Source of the DNA: Heterodontus francisci
Taxonomy: Eukaryota
NCBI RefSeq assembly: GCF_036365525.1
Contig: NC_090382.1
Span: 107,542,372 to 107,606,371 of the forward strand
Length of the DNA: 64,000 nt
Direction: 5' to 3'
A program made the position numbers and the translations under genes. This document shows, piece by piece, positions 36,624-48,738 of this stretch; the stretch's first letter is position 1, and every line of letters starts with the position of its first letter. The notes beneath the pieces are model-generated. The model had not been told where the DNA came from. It made no database searches and saw only the letters and a list, made by a program, of their open reading frames with translations.

Positions 36624-36755
36624 GTTTGTACGTGACCAAGCGTCCCTGTCAGCCGAAGAGTGCTAGACTAACAAGGATAGTATGAAACGGGTTCCTTTCT
36701 GCAGGGGGAACGACATCAACAGCACTGAGCAGCTGCGACGTAACTTAACCTGCAC
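36624..36755 (-). ncRNA. SNORA63: H/ACA snoRNA, SNORA63 (E3)-like, RPS14 intron 3 copy
   Basis: Close paralogue of the intron 4 copy; H box AAAGGA, ACA box and both guide pockets intact. Confidence 0.9.
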
Positions 36756-36811
36756 ATAATCCGGAGCTCTTCCTGTAATCTTTGGGATATGATTATTTAC
36801 AGGCTGGGAAA

Positions 36812-37560
36812 AGGTGAACTTGTCCACTTTGGCAGGAAGAATAGAAAAGCAGTATATTATTTAAAGCGCAAGAGACTGCAGAACTCTGCAATAGAGGGAT
36901 CTGGGTGGCCTGGTACATGGACGACAAAAGGTTAGTATGCAGGTATAGCAAGTGATTAGGAAGGCAAATGTTGAAGAATGTTGTCGTTTATCATAAGGAG
37001 AATCAAGCACAAAAGTAGGAAAGTTTTACTACAGTTATACAGGCCGTTGGTGAGACCTCATCTGGAATACGATTTTGGTCTCTTTACTTAAAGGATATAA
37101 TTGCATTAGAAGCAGTTTAGAGAAGGTTCACTCAACTGATTCCTGGGATGAAGGGGTTATCTTACGAGGAAAGGTTGGCCCTGTATCCATTAGAAGAATG
37201 AGAGGTGATCTTATTGAAACATACAAGATCCAGAGGGGATTGGACATGGTGGATGCTTCCCCTCATAAACGAGAATAGAACCAGGGGACACAGGTCTCCC
37301 ATTTAAGGAGATGAGAAATTTTTCTCTCAGAAGGTGGTTAGTCCGTGGAATTCTCTTCCCCAGAGAGCAGTGGAGACAGGGTCATTGATTATTTTTAAGG
37401 CTGAGTTAGATTGACTCTTTTGTCAATCAAGAATCTAAGGTTATAGCAGATAGACAGCAAAGTAAAGCGAAGGCATAATCAGATCAACCATGATCTAACC
37501 AAATGGCGGAGCAGGCTGAGGGGCCGAATGGCCTACGCCTGCTCCAAATTATTATGTTCA
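36812..37560 (+). mobile_element. Degraded CR1 3' fragment (RPS14 intron 3, antisense to host)
   Basis: RRMRGDLIETYKI; CR1 tail gagggccgaatggcctac. Confidence 0.8.
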
Positions 37561-37865
37561 TACAATGTTAAATCTGTTACAGGTTACAACGCTGTTTGGA
37601 AATGCATTTAGCTTGCACCTGTTGTCACCGCATCACAAAAAAAATTAAAGACGGATAAAAAGCATCAATGGGAAAAGAGTTCCAACTTTTAAATCCTTTT
37701 TTGGGTACTACTCATTACTTTTGTCCCACCGTTTCCGATTCCAAAGCATACACGCACTTTCAATCTCCTGCTCCCTCAAAGCAAAACTTTTCATTGCAAG
37801 TTAGATTTAATAAGGCATTAAGAGGCTACACACTGCCCAGAGACTGAAACAGTATCGATATTTCA

Positions 37866-38153
<288 letters not shown>

Positions 38154-38697
38154 TCAACAAATGCATGCATGACAAAAAATAAACACAACCGGCACCAAAC
38201 AGTGATCCTTTCGCTGGGCCATTCACAGGAATCTTGCTCCGTTACCAGAGTTTAAAACCATCTTGATGAGGGAAATCAGGAATAGTTAGTTTATTTGGCA
38301 ATCTTTCTTCACCTCCGGGCTATGATGAACACCTGGTGAGTTGGGACTTCACTGCACATCAGTGCCGTCTTAACTGGATGCATTCCCAAGTCACCAGGTA
38401 ATGATTAGTCACTGGGTGAGGACACTACTTGATTCACCAGGGGCTAATTACAGGGCTCCAGGTTGAGTGAGTGTCAGCAAGCTATTTGATTGGCGAGACC
38501 CTCACAGCCTAACCCCTACCAGACATCCAAAAAAAAAGCACAGGTCAGAGTGTCAACTATGGCTACCTCCGAGACACGCAGGGCAACTGTGGTGCCCAAG
38601 CTGAAGATCAGCTAACAGTGTAAATTAGATTCAGCAGTGCAGAGGACAGTGATTTTACTTTAGGCCACCAGGGCAGTGAGGCAGAGAGTTCTAGATT

Positions 38698-38828
38698 GTT
38701 TGTACGTGACCAAGCGTCCCTGTCAGCCGGGGGTGCTGGACTGACAAGGATAGTATGAAACGGGTTCCTTTCTGCAGGGGGAACGACATCAACAGCACTT
38801 AACAGCTATGACGTAACTTTTCCTGCAC
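38698..38828 (-). ncRNA. SNORA63: H/ACA snoRNA, SNORA63 (E3)-like, RPS14 intron 2 copy
   Basis: Same architecture; substitutions fall mostly in loops or keep pairing through G-U; boxes intact. Confidence 0.88.
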
Positions 38829-39682
38829 TCTGGGGTGCTTTCTGTAATCTATGGGTACTGACGACAGAATCGGTGTGTTAATCTGGTCAATTTTTACATT
38901 AATACTCTGCACAATTCAGCTGGAGAAATCTGCAGATGTGTTCAAGATGTACAGCCCAGCAGTGCTGGCTTGAGGCTGGGGGAGGAGGCGTTTCATGGAC
39001 TCCTCAGTGCATCGCCCAAGTGATCCTTCAACGCAAGTGTCGAGTGGCAGCAGGTGATTCAAATGCAGAAGGACACAGTTCAGCCCTATTCTGTGCTCAC
39101 CTCGCTATTCCCTCACCTACGGACACTGAATCGAGATCAGCATTCAATGTCAACCAATTTTCTCCCTTTAGCTAGCTATTGGTACTGAGACAGCTAACCC
39201 TACAGACCCGTGGCACCTTTTGGTATATACATTTTAGTGGGAAAACACTGAATGATATAGTACATGAGGCCATTCAGCCCATCGTTCCTGCTCTTTGAAA
39301 GAGCTAGCCAATCAGTCCCACCCCTGCACATGTTGCTTTCTCAAGCTATTGATTCAATTCCCTTTTGAAAGTTACTATTATATCTGCTTCCAACATCCTG
39401 TCAGGCAGTGCATTCCAAATCACAACCACTTACTGTGTGAAAAAAAATCCCATGTCCCGTCTGGCTCTTTTGCCAATTATCTTAAATCTCTGCCCTTTGG
39501 TTCCCAAATGCCCTGCACTGCAAACAGTTTCTCCTCATTTACTCTATCAAAACCCTTCAAGAATGATATATAAAAATGCAATTATCCACTGACTCAACCA
39601 GGGAGGCCTTTGCACCCCTTCACTAAGTGTACACAGAAAAGAGAAGACGGAGGGGTGACCTGACAGAGGTCTTTAAAATTAT

Positions 39683-39822
39683 TCTGAAGTTCTGAAGAAG
39701 GGTCTCTGACCTGAAACGTTAACTCTGCTTCTCTCTCCACAGATGCTGCCAGACCTGCTGAGTATTTCCAGCATTTCTTGTTTTTATTTCAGATTTCCAG
39801 CATCTGCAGTATTTTGCTTTCA
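39683..39822 (+). mobile_element. Penelope-like terminal fragment with intact minimal hammerhead core
   Basis: 13-bp TSD tctttaaaat(t/a)at; AGTT-CTGAAGA-AGGGTCtctGACCT-GAAA-CG-TT-AACT at 39688-39724. Confidence 0.7.
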
Positions 39823-39867
39823 TCTTTAAAATAATGATGGGGTTCGATAAGCTAAACATAGAGACGC

Positions 39868-40805
39868 AGTACATTAACGATTTAGATGTGAATATCGGAG
39901 GTATGATCAGTATGTTCGCAGATGATACGAAAATTGGTGATGCCGTAAATAGTGAGGAGGAAAGCCTTAGATTACAGGATGATATAGATGGGCGGAGCAG
40001 TGGCAAATGGAATTTAATCCCGAGAAGTGTGAGGTGATGCATTTTGGGAGGACTAACAAGGCAAGGGAATATACTATGGATCGTAGGACCCGAGGAAGTA
40101 CAGAGGGACCTTGGTGTACTAGACCATAGATCACTGAAAGCGGCAGCACAGGGAGAGGTGGTTAGAAAGACGTATGGGACACTTGCCTTTATTAGCCGAG
40201 GCATAGAATATAAGAGCAGGGCGGTTATGATGGAGATGTCGAAAACGCTAGTTAGGCCACAGCTGGAGTACTGTGTATAGTTCTGGGCACCACACTATAG
40301 GAAGGATATGATTACACTGAAGAGGGTGCAGAGGAGATTCACCAAGATGTTGCCTGGGCTGGAGCATTTCAGCTTTGAAGAGAGACTGAAAAAGCTAGGG
40401 TTGTTTCCCTTAGAGCAGAGAAGGCTGAGGGGGACATAATTGAGATATACAAAATTATGAGGGGCACAGATAGGGCAAATAGGAAGAAACTTTTTCCCTT
40501 AGCGGAGGGGTCAATAACCAGGGGGCATAGATTTAAGGTAAGGGACAAGAGGTTTAGAGGGGATTTGAGGACACTTTTTTTCACCCAGAGGGTGGTTGGA
40601 ATCTGGAACACTGCTTGTAGTGGTGACAGAGGCAGGAACCATCACAATATTTAAGAAGTATTTAGATGAGCACTTGAAACGCCATAGTATACAAGGCTGC
40701 GGGCCAAGTGCTGGAAAATGGGATTAGAATAGTTAGGTGCTTGATAGCCGGCACAGACACAATGGGCCAATGGGCCTGTTCCTGTGCTGTACAACTCTAT
40801 GACGT
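39868..40805 (+). mobile_element. CR1 3' portion (RPS14 intron 2, antisense to host)
   Basis: YINDLD..MFADDTKIG, LVRPQLEYC, TRGHRFK. Confidence 0.9.
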
Positions 40806-41285
40806 TTCCATTTATGAGGGAGACCAGAGCAGGTGGCCATTAACCAAAAGACAGTCACTAATAAATCCAATAGGGAATTCTGGAGAAACTTCTTTATTCA
40901 GTGGTGAGAATGTGGAACTCTCTCACAAGGAGAAGTTGACACAAGTAGCATAAATGTAGTTAAAGCAAAGTGAAATAAACATGAGAAAGGATTAGGACAT
41001 GCTGAAAGGGCAAGTTTTCAGAGGTATGAGGAGGCTCATATGGAACATAACCCAGTTGGCCCAAATGGCCTGTTTCTGTGCTGTAGATTGTACATACGTA
41101 CCGTGAGATTTAATGATTCAAGTATCACTGGGGAAGGTGTCGTACAGAATATTTGAAAACCACCAGCTCACAACACAAAATTTATCGAACCCTTTCAGAT
41201 GCTGCTTCACCTGCTGTGTATTTCCAGTGCTTTCTGTTTTTATTCCATAAATCTCTCCAAGTAGTATTGTTTAAACTCCTACTTA

Positions 41286-41537
<252 letters not shown>

Positions 41538-42039
41538 TCAACATAGGAAATGCAACAGCCAATATGTTCCCACAAACAGCCATTTGATAATGTCCAAATA
41601 ATTCGTGTTTATTAAAGTGATTTTGACTACGCGATAAATATTGGCCAGGACACTGGGGATAACTCTACTGCTCCTCTTAAAAATAGCGGCCGTGGGATCT
41701 TTTACATTCAACTGAGGGGGCAGATGGGGCCTCAGTTTAATATCTCATCTGAAAGACAACACCTCTGACAGTGCAGCACTCCCTAGTACCCCACTGGGAG
41801 CATCAGCCTAGATTTTTGTGCTCAAGTCTCTGGAGTGAGGCTGGAACCCACAATCTTCAGAATCAAAAGGTGATGGTGCTACCCAATAAGCCACAACTGA
41901 CTATTAAGAGAGCACAAAAGGACCAGCTCACTGTGCTATTTACCAGCTCACCTTATGGCCGGTGAGGGAGAGTAGCAGTGGGAGAGAGGGACTAACTCCC
42001 CGCCCAGCATTAACCAGTTTATATGTAAACAATTAACGG

Positions 42040-42171
42040 GTATGTACGTGACAAAGCGTCCCTGTCAGCCGGAGGGTGCTAGACTAACAAGGATAGTATG
42101 AAACGTGTTCCTTTCTGCAGGGGGAACGACATCAACAGCACCGAGCAGCCGTGACGTAACTTAACCTGCAC
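42040..42171 (-). ncRNA. SNORA63: H/ACA snoRNA, SNORA63 (E3)-like, RPS14 intron 1 copy
   Basis: Same architecture and boxes; one change in the 3' guide (CGCTTTGTC vs CGCTTGGTC). Confidence 0.87.
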
Positions 42172-44202
42172 TTAACCCGGAGCAACTATCTGCTTCCAAT
42201 TTGTACAGATTCTCAACTCTGACACACACCTATAAGCAGTGCGCTGCGAGCACGGTGTGAATTAGAGTGTCTGGGACAACTCACCAGTTGCTCCTTTCAC
42301 AAAAATGTAAAAATAAAAAGCTAATGCACAGTGCTGCATATGCAGTTCTCACCAATTTACTCCTGGTATTTTATTCTAAATTAAAGGATTCTGTTTTGAC
42401 CCCCCCCCCCCACCTTAAAACCGTTTTCCGTTGTTGTTGACTATGATGATGCTTCAGAATCCTCCAAACAGTCCAGGCATAGTGTGACCAAGCAACGCAA
42501 TGCACATCTTGCAATGTAACCTGTGTGTGTTTGGTCTGCTTATAGCAAAAATCTGCTATAAAGTGAGCCTACATCCCAACTTCTAAAGTTTTTTTATTAA
42601 AAAAAGCACATGAAACATTAACCAAAAATATCAGCACACAAAACCAAGGATATCAGAATGAATAAAGACATTATTGTTTGGAGCCAATAGTGCCAACTTA
42701 AATGAAGTGTCGAAAACCTGTCATTTGGCTTTCAGGTATGGACAGACTTGCTACGTAATTCCAGACTTTCCTATCACTGTTCTTTATTACTGCAACATTT
42801 GAAGAACATGCTTATTTACAATGTTCATGGTTAGATCTCTCAGCTGTGGCTCAGTGGGTTAACACTCTCCCCTCTGAACCAGGTCGAGTGTCCCACTCCA
42901 GCGATTCAAGTCTGCAATCTAGACTTGACAATAGAGGCATCCTAGAGGAAACCTGAGATAAACAGTATGTGCCAAAAATGGGGCGATGACCTTTTACCAG
43001 AAAAAATGAAAAATCATCGACCTGAAAAATTAACTGTTTCGCTCTCGACAGATGCTACCCGACCTAGAGTGCTTCCAGCACTTTTACTTCAGCAACAACT
43101 TACATCTAGACATTACCTTTAACATAACTGAACAAAAATTAACATAAATCCAAGGGGGATGGCATATGGATAGGTGACCAAAAGCTTAGTCAAAGAGGTA
43201 GGTTTTAAGGAGCATCTTAAAGGAGGGGAGAGGAGTCTCTGGAAGGAATCACAGAGCTTAGGGCATCAATGTGTGATGAAAGTGGGTGATGGACAAGAGG
43301 CCAGAATTGGAAGATTCCAGCACAACATTAAAAAAGGGATTTAATCAACATTTGGAAACGAAAAAACTTGCAGGTATGGCTGCAAGATTGTAGGGATGCT
43401 TCTCGGAGTCCTGTAACAATATTAACACCTCCACCGGGATTGCTAAACGAGATTACCTGGTCATTTTTTTTTTTACAGTGCTGTTTGTGGGAGCTTGCTG
43501 TGTACAAATTGGCTGCCACATTTCCTACATCTCAACACTGACTGCATTTCAACAGAGCCAAAGATCCGAAGAAGGGTCACTGACCCGAAACATTAACTCT
43601 GTTTCTCTTTTCACAGATGCTGCCAGACCTGCTGAGTGGTTCCAGCATTTCTTGTTTTTATAATCAAAGATCTTACAGCACAGGAGGCAGCCATTCAGCC
43701 CATCATGCACATACTGGATCTTTGAAAGACCGATACAACTCGTCCCACACCCCTGCTCTCCCTCACTACCCATAGCCCTATAAAACTTTCCTTTTCAAGT
43801 ATTTATCCAATTCCCTTTTGAAAGTTACTACTGAATCTGCTTCCACTGCCCTTTCAGGCAGCATGTTCCAGATCACAACAACTCGCTGTGTAAAAGCAGA
43901 ATTCGCCCTCACCTTCCCATCTACTTCTTTGGCCAATTATCTCCATTGGCTGTGAAGCGCTTTAGGACGTCCTGAGGCTGTGAAAGGCGCTTTACAAATG
44001 CAAGTCTGTCTGGAAAATTCCAACGTTTTATATTATTTCACTGCGTTTAAACTGAGCGAAGATTACCCCCACCCCGGGCCCTGCTCCAGGCCGGGGATTT
44101 TACCGGGCTCACAGCCCCAGTACCCGGGCTTTCCTCACCGACCTGGTTCCCCACCCCTCCCTTATTACAGAACGGTCGTCCACCTCCCCTCCCTCCTCCA
44201 AT

Positions 44203-44282
44203 GGGGAACAGTTCCGCCTGCGGCCTAGCGCTCCCGCACGGGGAACAGCTCCGCCTGCGGCCTAGCACTCCCGCACGGGAAA
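44203..44282. repeat. 37-bp GC-rich tandem duplication in RPS14 intron 1
   Basis: ggggaacag(t/c)tccgcctgcggcctagc(g/a)ctcccgcac x2 plus a partial unit. Confidence 0.9.
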
Positions 44283-44440
44283 AAGTCCCCACAAAATCCT
44301 CGGCTTAAACATGGCCAGCCCAATTCCACCTGATATCAGCATGCTGGGGTTGGCCGGTGAGGTGGAGGCGGGCGATGCCGCTGCATGAGGTATTTATACT
44401 GGCTGATGGAGTCGGATTGCCGCCGCCACTCAGCTCCTAC

Positions 44441-44477
44441 CTGCCGCTTCCAGCGGAGCCACAACCAGAAAGAGAGG
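44441..44477 (-). other. RPS14: RPS14 non-coding exon 1 with 5'TOP/TCT start
   Basis: Minus strand CCTCTCTTTCTGGTTGTGGCTCCGCTGGAAGCGGCAG|GTAGGA: a pyrimidine tract typical of ribosomal protein TSSs, then a splice donor, inside a CpG-rich patch. Exact TSS is inferred. Confidence 0.85.
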
Positions 44478-45882
44478 TCTGCGTGCTCGCACATGCGCAA
44501 AACCATCTCCCCACCAGCGCGCGCGCACACACACAAAAATTATTTCTGAAAGGAAAACCTGAATATTTTAGACGCCTTGAAATATTTGACTTAAAACTCG
44601 TTTGTATTGTTGTACAATATTAAATTTTATGGATTTTATTCTAAATAGTGGTCTTTTAAACTGCCCCGCAGAAAGATGGCGCCGCTAGCGGGGCAAATCT
44701 GCTCGACGGAATACCAGAAAGGACAAACCTCTCAGCAACGACACCTTCAAAACTGCCATTGAAGGATTTTTTTTTAACATAGGGAAAGTTTTTATTTAGC
44801 TCTGTAAGTTTAAATATATTTAGATGTGCATGTCCACATTGATGTGATGGGAAAAAGCGGGAGGGGTGGCGGTATTGTTTAAGGAGAGCATTGCAGTGCT
44901 GGAGAAAAAGTATGTCCCAGAGGGGTCCAGGACAGAATCAATTTGGCTGGAGTGAAGGAGCAAAAAAGATGCAGTTACATTGCTCGGTGATGTCTATAGG
45001 CCACCAGCCAGGGGGAAGGACATGGAGGAACAAATTTGCAAGGAAATTACAGAGAGGTGCAGAATTATGGTGTAGTTTTAACAGGGGACTTTACTTATCC
45101 AAACATAGACTGAGATGGTAGTAAAAGGCAGTGAGGCGCAAGAGTGTGTTCAGAAAAATTTTCTACAACAGTCTTTTGCAAGGCGAACGAGAAATGAGGC
45201 ACTGCTCGACCTGGTTCTTGGGAGTGAGGTAGATCAAGTGTCAGTCGGAGAGCATTTAGGGGACAGTGATCTTTGTATCATAAGGTTTAGGCTGACTATG
45301 GAGAAGCAATCCAGGGTGAGAATAATTAACTGGGGGAAGGCCAACTTCAATGGGGTAAGAATGGAGCTGGGGCGAATAAATTGGAGTCAAAAGCTGGCAG
45401 GAAAACCGGTAGATGAACAATGGACTACCTTCAAAGAAGAGAAAGTTTGGGCACAGTCAAGGTATGTTCCCTTGAAGGGGAAAAGTAGGGCAAACAAATC
45501 CAGAGCTCCCTGGATGAGAAAAGAGGTAGAAATTAAGATAAAGCAGAAAAAGTGTGCTTCTGACAGATGCCAGGTAGAAAATACTATTGAGAACCAGGCT
45601 GAATATAGAAGGTCCAGAGGGGAAGTGATTTTTCAGTAAATCATAATTTTTCAGTCTTTCTTAGACTCGGGGGTGGTGCCAGAGGACCGGAGAATTGCAA
45701 ACGTTACACCCTTGTTCACAAAAGGGTGTAAAGATAAGCCCAGCAACTACAGGCCAGTCAGTTTAACTTTGGTGGTGGGAAAACTTCTAGAAAAAATAAT
45801 TTGGGTCAAAATTAATAGTCACATGGACAAATATGAGTTAATTAAGGAAAGCCAGCAGGGATTTCTAAAGGGAAAATCATGT

Positions 45883-48738
45883 CATAGAGTCATAGAGTCA
45901 TACAGCACAGAAACAGACCCTTCGGCCCATCGTGCATGTACCGGCCATTGAGCACCTAACCGTTCTAATCCCATTTTCCAGCACTTGGCCCGTAGCCTTG
46001 TTTGCTATGGCGTTTCAAGTGCTCATCTAAATACTTCTTAAATGTTGTGAGGGTTCCTACCTCTACCACCTCTTCAGGCAGTACGTTCCAGATTCCAATC
46101 ACCCTCTGGGTGAAAAAGATTTTCCTCAAATCCCCTTTAAGCCTCCTGCCCCTTACCTTAAAACTATGCCCTCTGGTTATTGACCCCTCCACTAAGGGAA
46201 AAAGTTTCTTCCTATCTAACCTATCAATGCCCCTCATAATTTTGTGTACCTCAATTATATCTCCCCTCAGCCTTCTCTGCTCTAAGGAAAACAATCCTAG
46301 CCTTTCCAGACTCTTTTCATAGCTGAAATTCTCCAGCCCAGACAACATCCTGGTGAATCTCCTCTACACCCTCTCCAGTGCAATCTCATCCTTCCTATAG
46401 TGTGATGCCCAGAACTGTATGCAGTCCTCCAGCTGTGGCCTAACCAGTGTATTATACAGCTCCATCATAACCTCCCTGCTCTGAGATTCTGTGCCTCAGC
46501 TAATAAAGGCGAGTATCCCATATGCCTTCCTAACCACCTTATCTACCTGTGCTGCTGCCTTCAGTGATCTATGGTCAAGTACACCAAGGTCCCTCTGACC
46601 CTCTGTACTTCCTAGGTTCCTACCATCCATTCTATATTCCCTTGCCTTGTTAGTCCTCCCAAAATGCATCACGTCACGTCTTCTCAGGATTAAATTCCAT
46701 TTGCCACAGCTCCACCCATCTTACCAGCCCATCTCTAACATCCTGTAATCTAAGGCTTTCCTCCTCACTATTTATGACAGCACCAATTTTCGTGTCATCT
46801 GTGAACTTACTGATCATACCTCCTGTATTCACGTCTAAATCATTAATGTACACAACAAACAGCAAGGGTCCCAGCACCAATCTCTGCGGTACCCCACTGG
46901 TCACAGGCTTCCACTCGCAAAAACAACCCTCTACCATCACCCTCTGCCTCCTTCCACTAAACCAATTTTGGATCCAGTTTGCCAAATTGCCCTGGATCCC
47001 ATGGGCTCTTACCTTCTTAACCAATCTCCCATGCGGGACCTTATCAAAAGCTTTATTGAAGTCCATGTAGACTACATCAACTGTTTTATCCTCATCTACA
47101 CATCTAGTCACTGCCTCAAAAAATTCAATCAAGTTAGTTAGACACGATCTTCCCCTGAAAAAGCCATGCTGACTATCCCTGATTAATCCCTGCCTCTCCA
47201 AGTGGAGATTAATCCTGTCCCTCAGAATTTTTTCCAATAGTTTCCCAACCACTGATGTTGGCCTCACTGGCCTGTAATTACCTGGTTTATCCCTGATATC
47301 CTTCTTGAATAATGGTACCACATTCACTGTCCTCCAGTCCTCTGGTACCTCTCCTGTGGCCAGAGAGGATTTGAAAATTTGTGTCAGAGCCCCTGCTATC
47401 TCCTCCCTTGACATCAAGGCAACATTTGACCGAGTTTAGCATCAAGGAGCCCTAACAAAACTGAGGTCAATGGGAATCAGGGGGAAAACCCTTCGCTGGC
47501 TGGAGTCATACCTAGCACAAAGGAAGATAGTTGTGGTAGTTGGAGGTCAATCGTCTGAGCTCCAGGACTTCACTGCAGGAGTTCTTCAGGGTAGTGTCAT
47601 AGGCCCAACCATCTTCAGCTGCTTCATTAATGACCTTCCTTCAATCATAAGGTCAGAAGTGGGGATGTTCGCTGATGATTGCACAATGTTCAGCACCATT
47701 CATGACTCCTCAGATACTGAAGCAGTCCATGTTCGAAATGAAGCAAGACCTGGACAATATCCAGGCTTGGGCTGATAAGTGGCAAGTAACATTTGCGCCA
47801 CACAACCATCTCCCCTTGACATTCAATGGCATTACCATCGCTGAATCCCCCATTATCAACATCCTAGGGGCTACCATTGACCAGAAACTGAACTGGAGTG
47901 GTCATATAAATACCATGGCTACAAGAGCAAGTCAAAGGCTAGGAATCCTGTGGCGAGTAACTCACCTCCTGACTCCCCAGAGCCTGTCCACCATCTACAA
48001 GGCACAAGTCAGGAGTGTGATGGAATATTCGCCACTTGCCTGGATGGGTGCAGATCCAACAACACTCAAGAAGCTCGACACCATCCAGGACAAAGTAGCC
48101 CGCTTGATTGGCACCCCATCTACAAACATTCACTCCCTCCACCACTGACACACAGTGGCAGCGGTGTGTACCATCTACAGGATGCACTGCAGCAATGCAC
48201 CAAGGCACCAAGACAGCACCTTCCAAACCAGCGACCTCTACCAACTAGAAGGACAAGGGCAGCAAATACATGGGAACACCACCACCTGCAAATTCCCCTC
48301 CAAGTCACACACCATCCTGACTTTGAACTATATCGCCGTTACTTCACTGTCGCTTGGTCAAAATCCTGGAACTCCCATCCTAACAGCATTGTGGGTGTAC
48401 CTACCCCACCTAGACTGCAGCGGTTCAAGAAGGCAGCTCACCACCGCCTTCTCAAGGGCAATTAGGGATGGGCAATAAATGCTGGCCTGGCCAGTGATGC
48501 CTACATCCCATGAATGAATAAAACAAAAAGTATCCCAGTTAATATTGGGGAAGTTGAAATCCCCTACTAGTAATACCCTATTATTTTTACACCTCTCTGA
48601 GATTTGCCTACATATTTGCTCCTCTATCTCTCCCTGACTGTTTGGAGGTCTGTAGTACATTCCCAGCCAAGTGATTGCCCCCTTTTTGTTTTTAAGTTCT
48701 ACCCATATGGCCTTCTCTTGAGGAACCTTCTAAGATAT
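45883..48738 (-). mobile_element. CR1 LINE nested in opposite orientation
   Basis: ORFs 45965-46348, 46674-47417 and the YYRPPNSQ/VGDFNFP block at 48530-48660 on the minus strand; (gactctat)n tail at 45883. Confidence 0.9.
47405..48528 (+). mobile_element. 5'-truncated CR1/L2-group LINE, family B, copy 3
   Basis: Homologous to 913-2075 and 11911-13138; MFADDC; AATAAA plus A tail. Confidence 0.92.

Larger units (their letters stand above)
44060..44700 (-). promoter_or_regulatory. RPS14 CpG-rich promoter region
   Basis: Locally CpG/GC-rich. NRF1-like CGCACATGCGCA at 44488-44499; YY1-like AAGATGGCGCC at 44673-44683 and AAACATGGCC at 44307-44316. Confidence 0.7.

Noticed and set aside
38321-38330. 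C-box-like ATGATGA (also near 42443 and 43273) suggesting C/D snoRNAs
   Set aside because: Antisense to the host gene, with no convincing D box or terminal stem.
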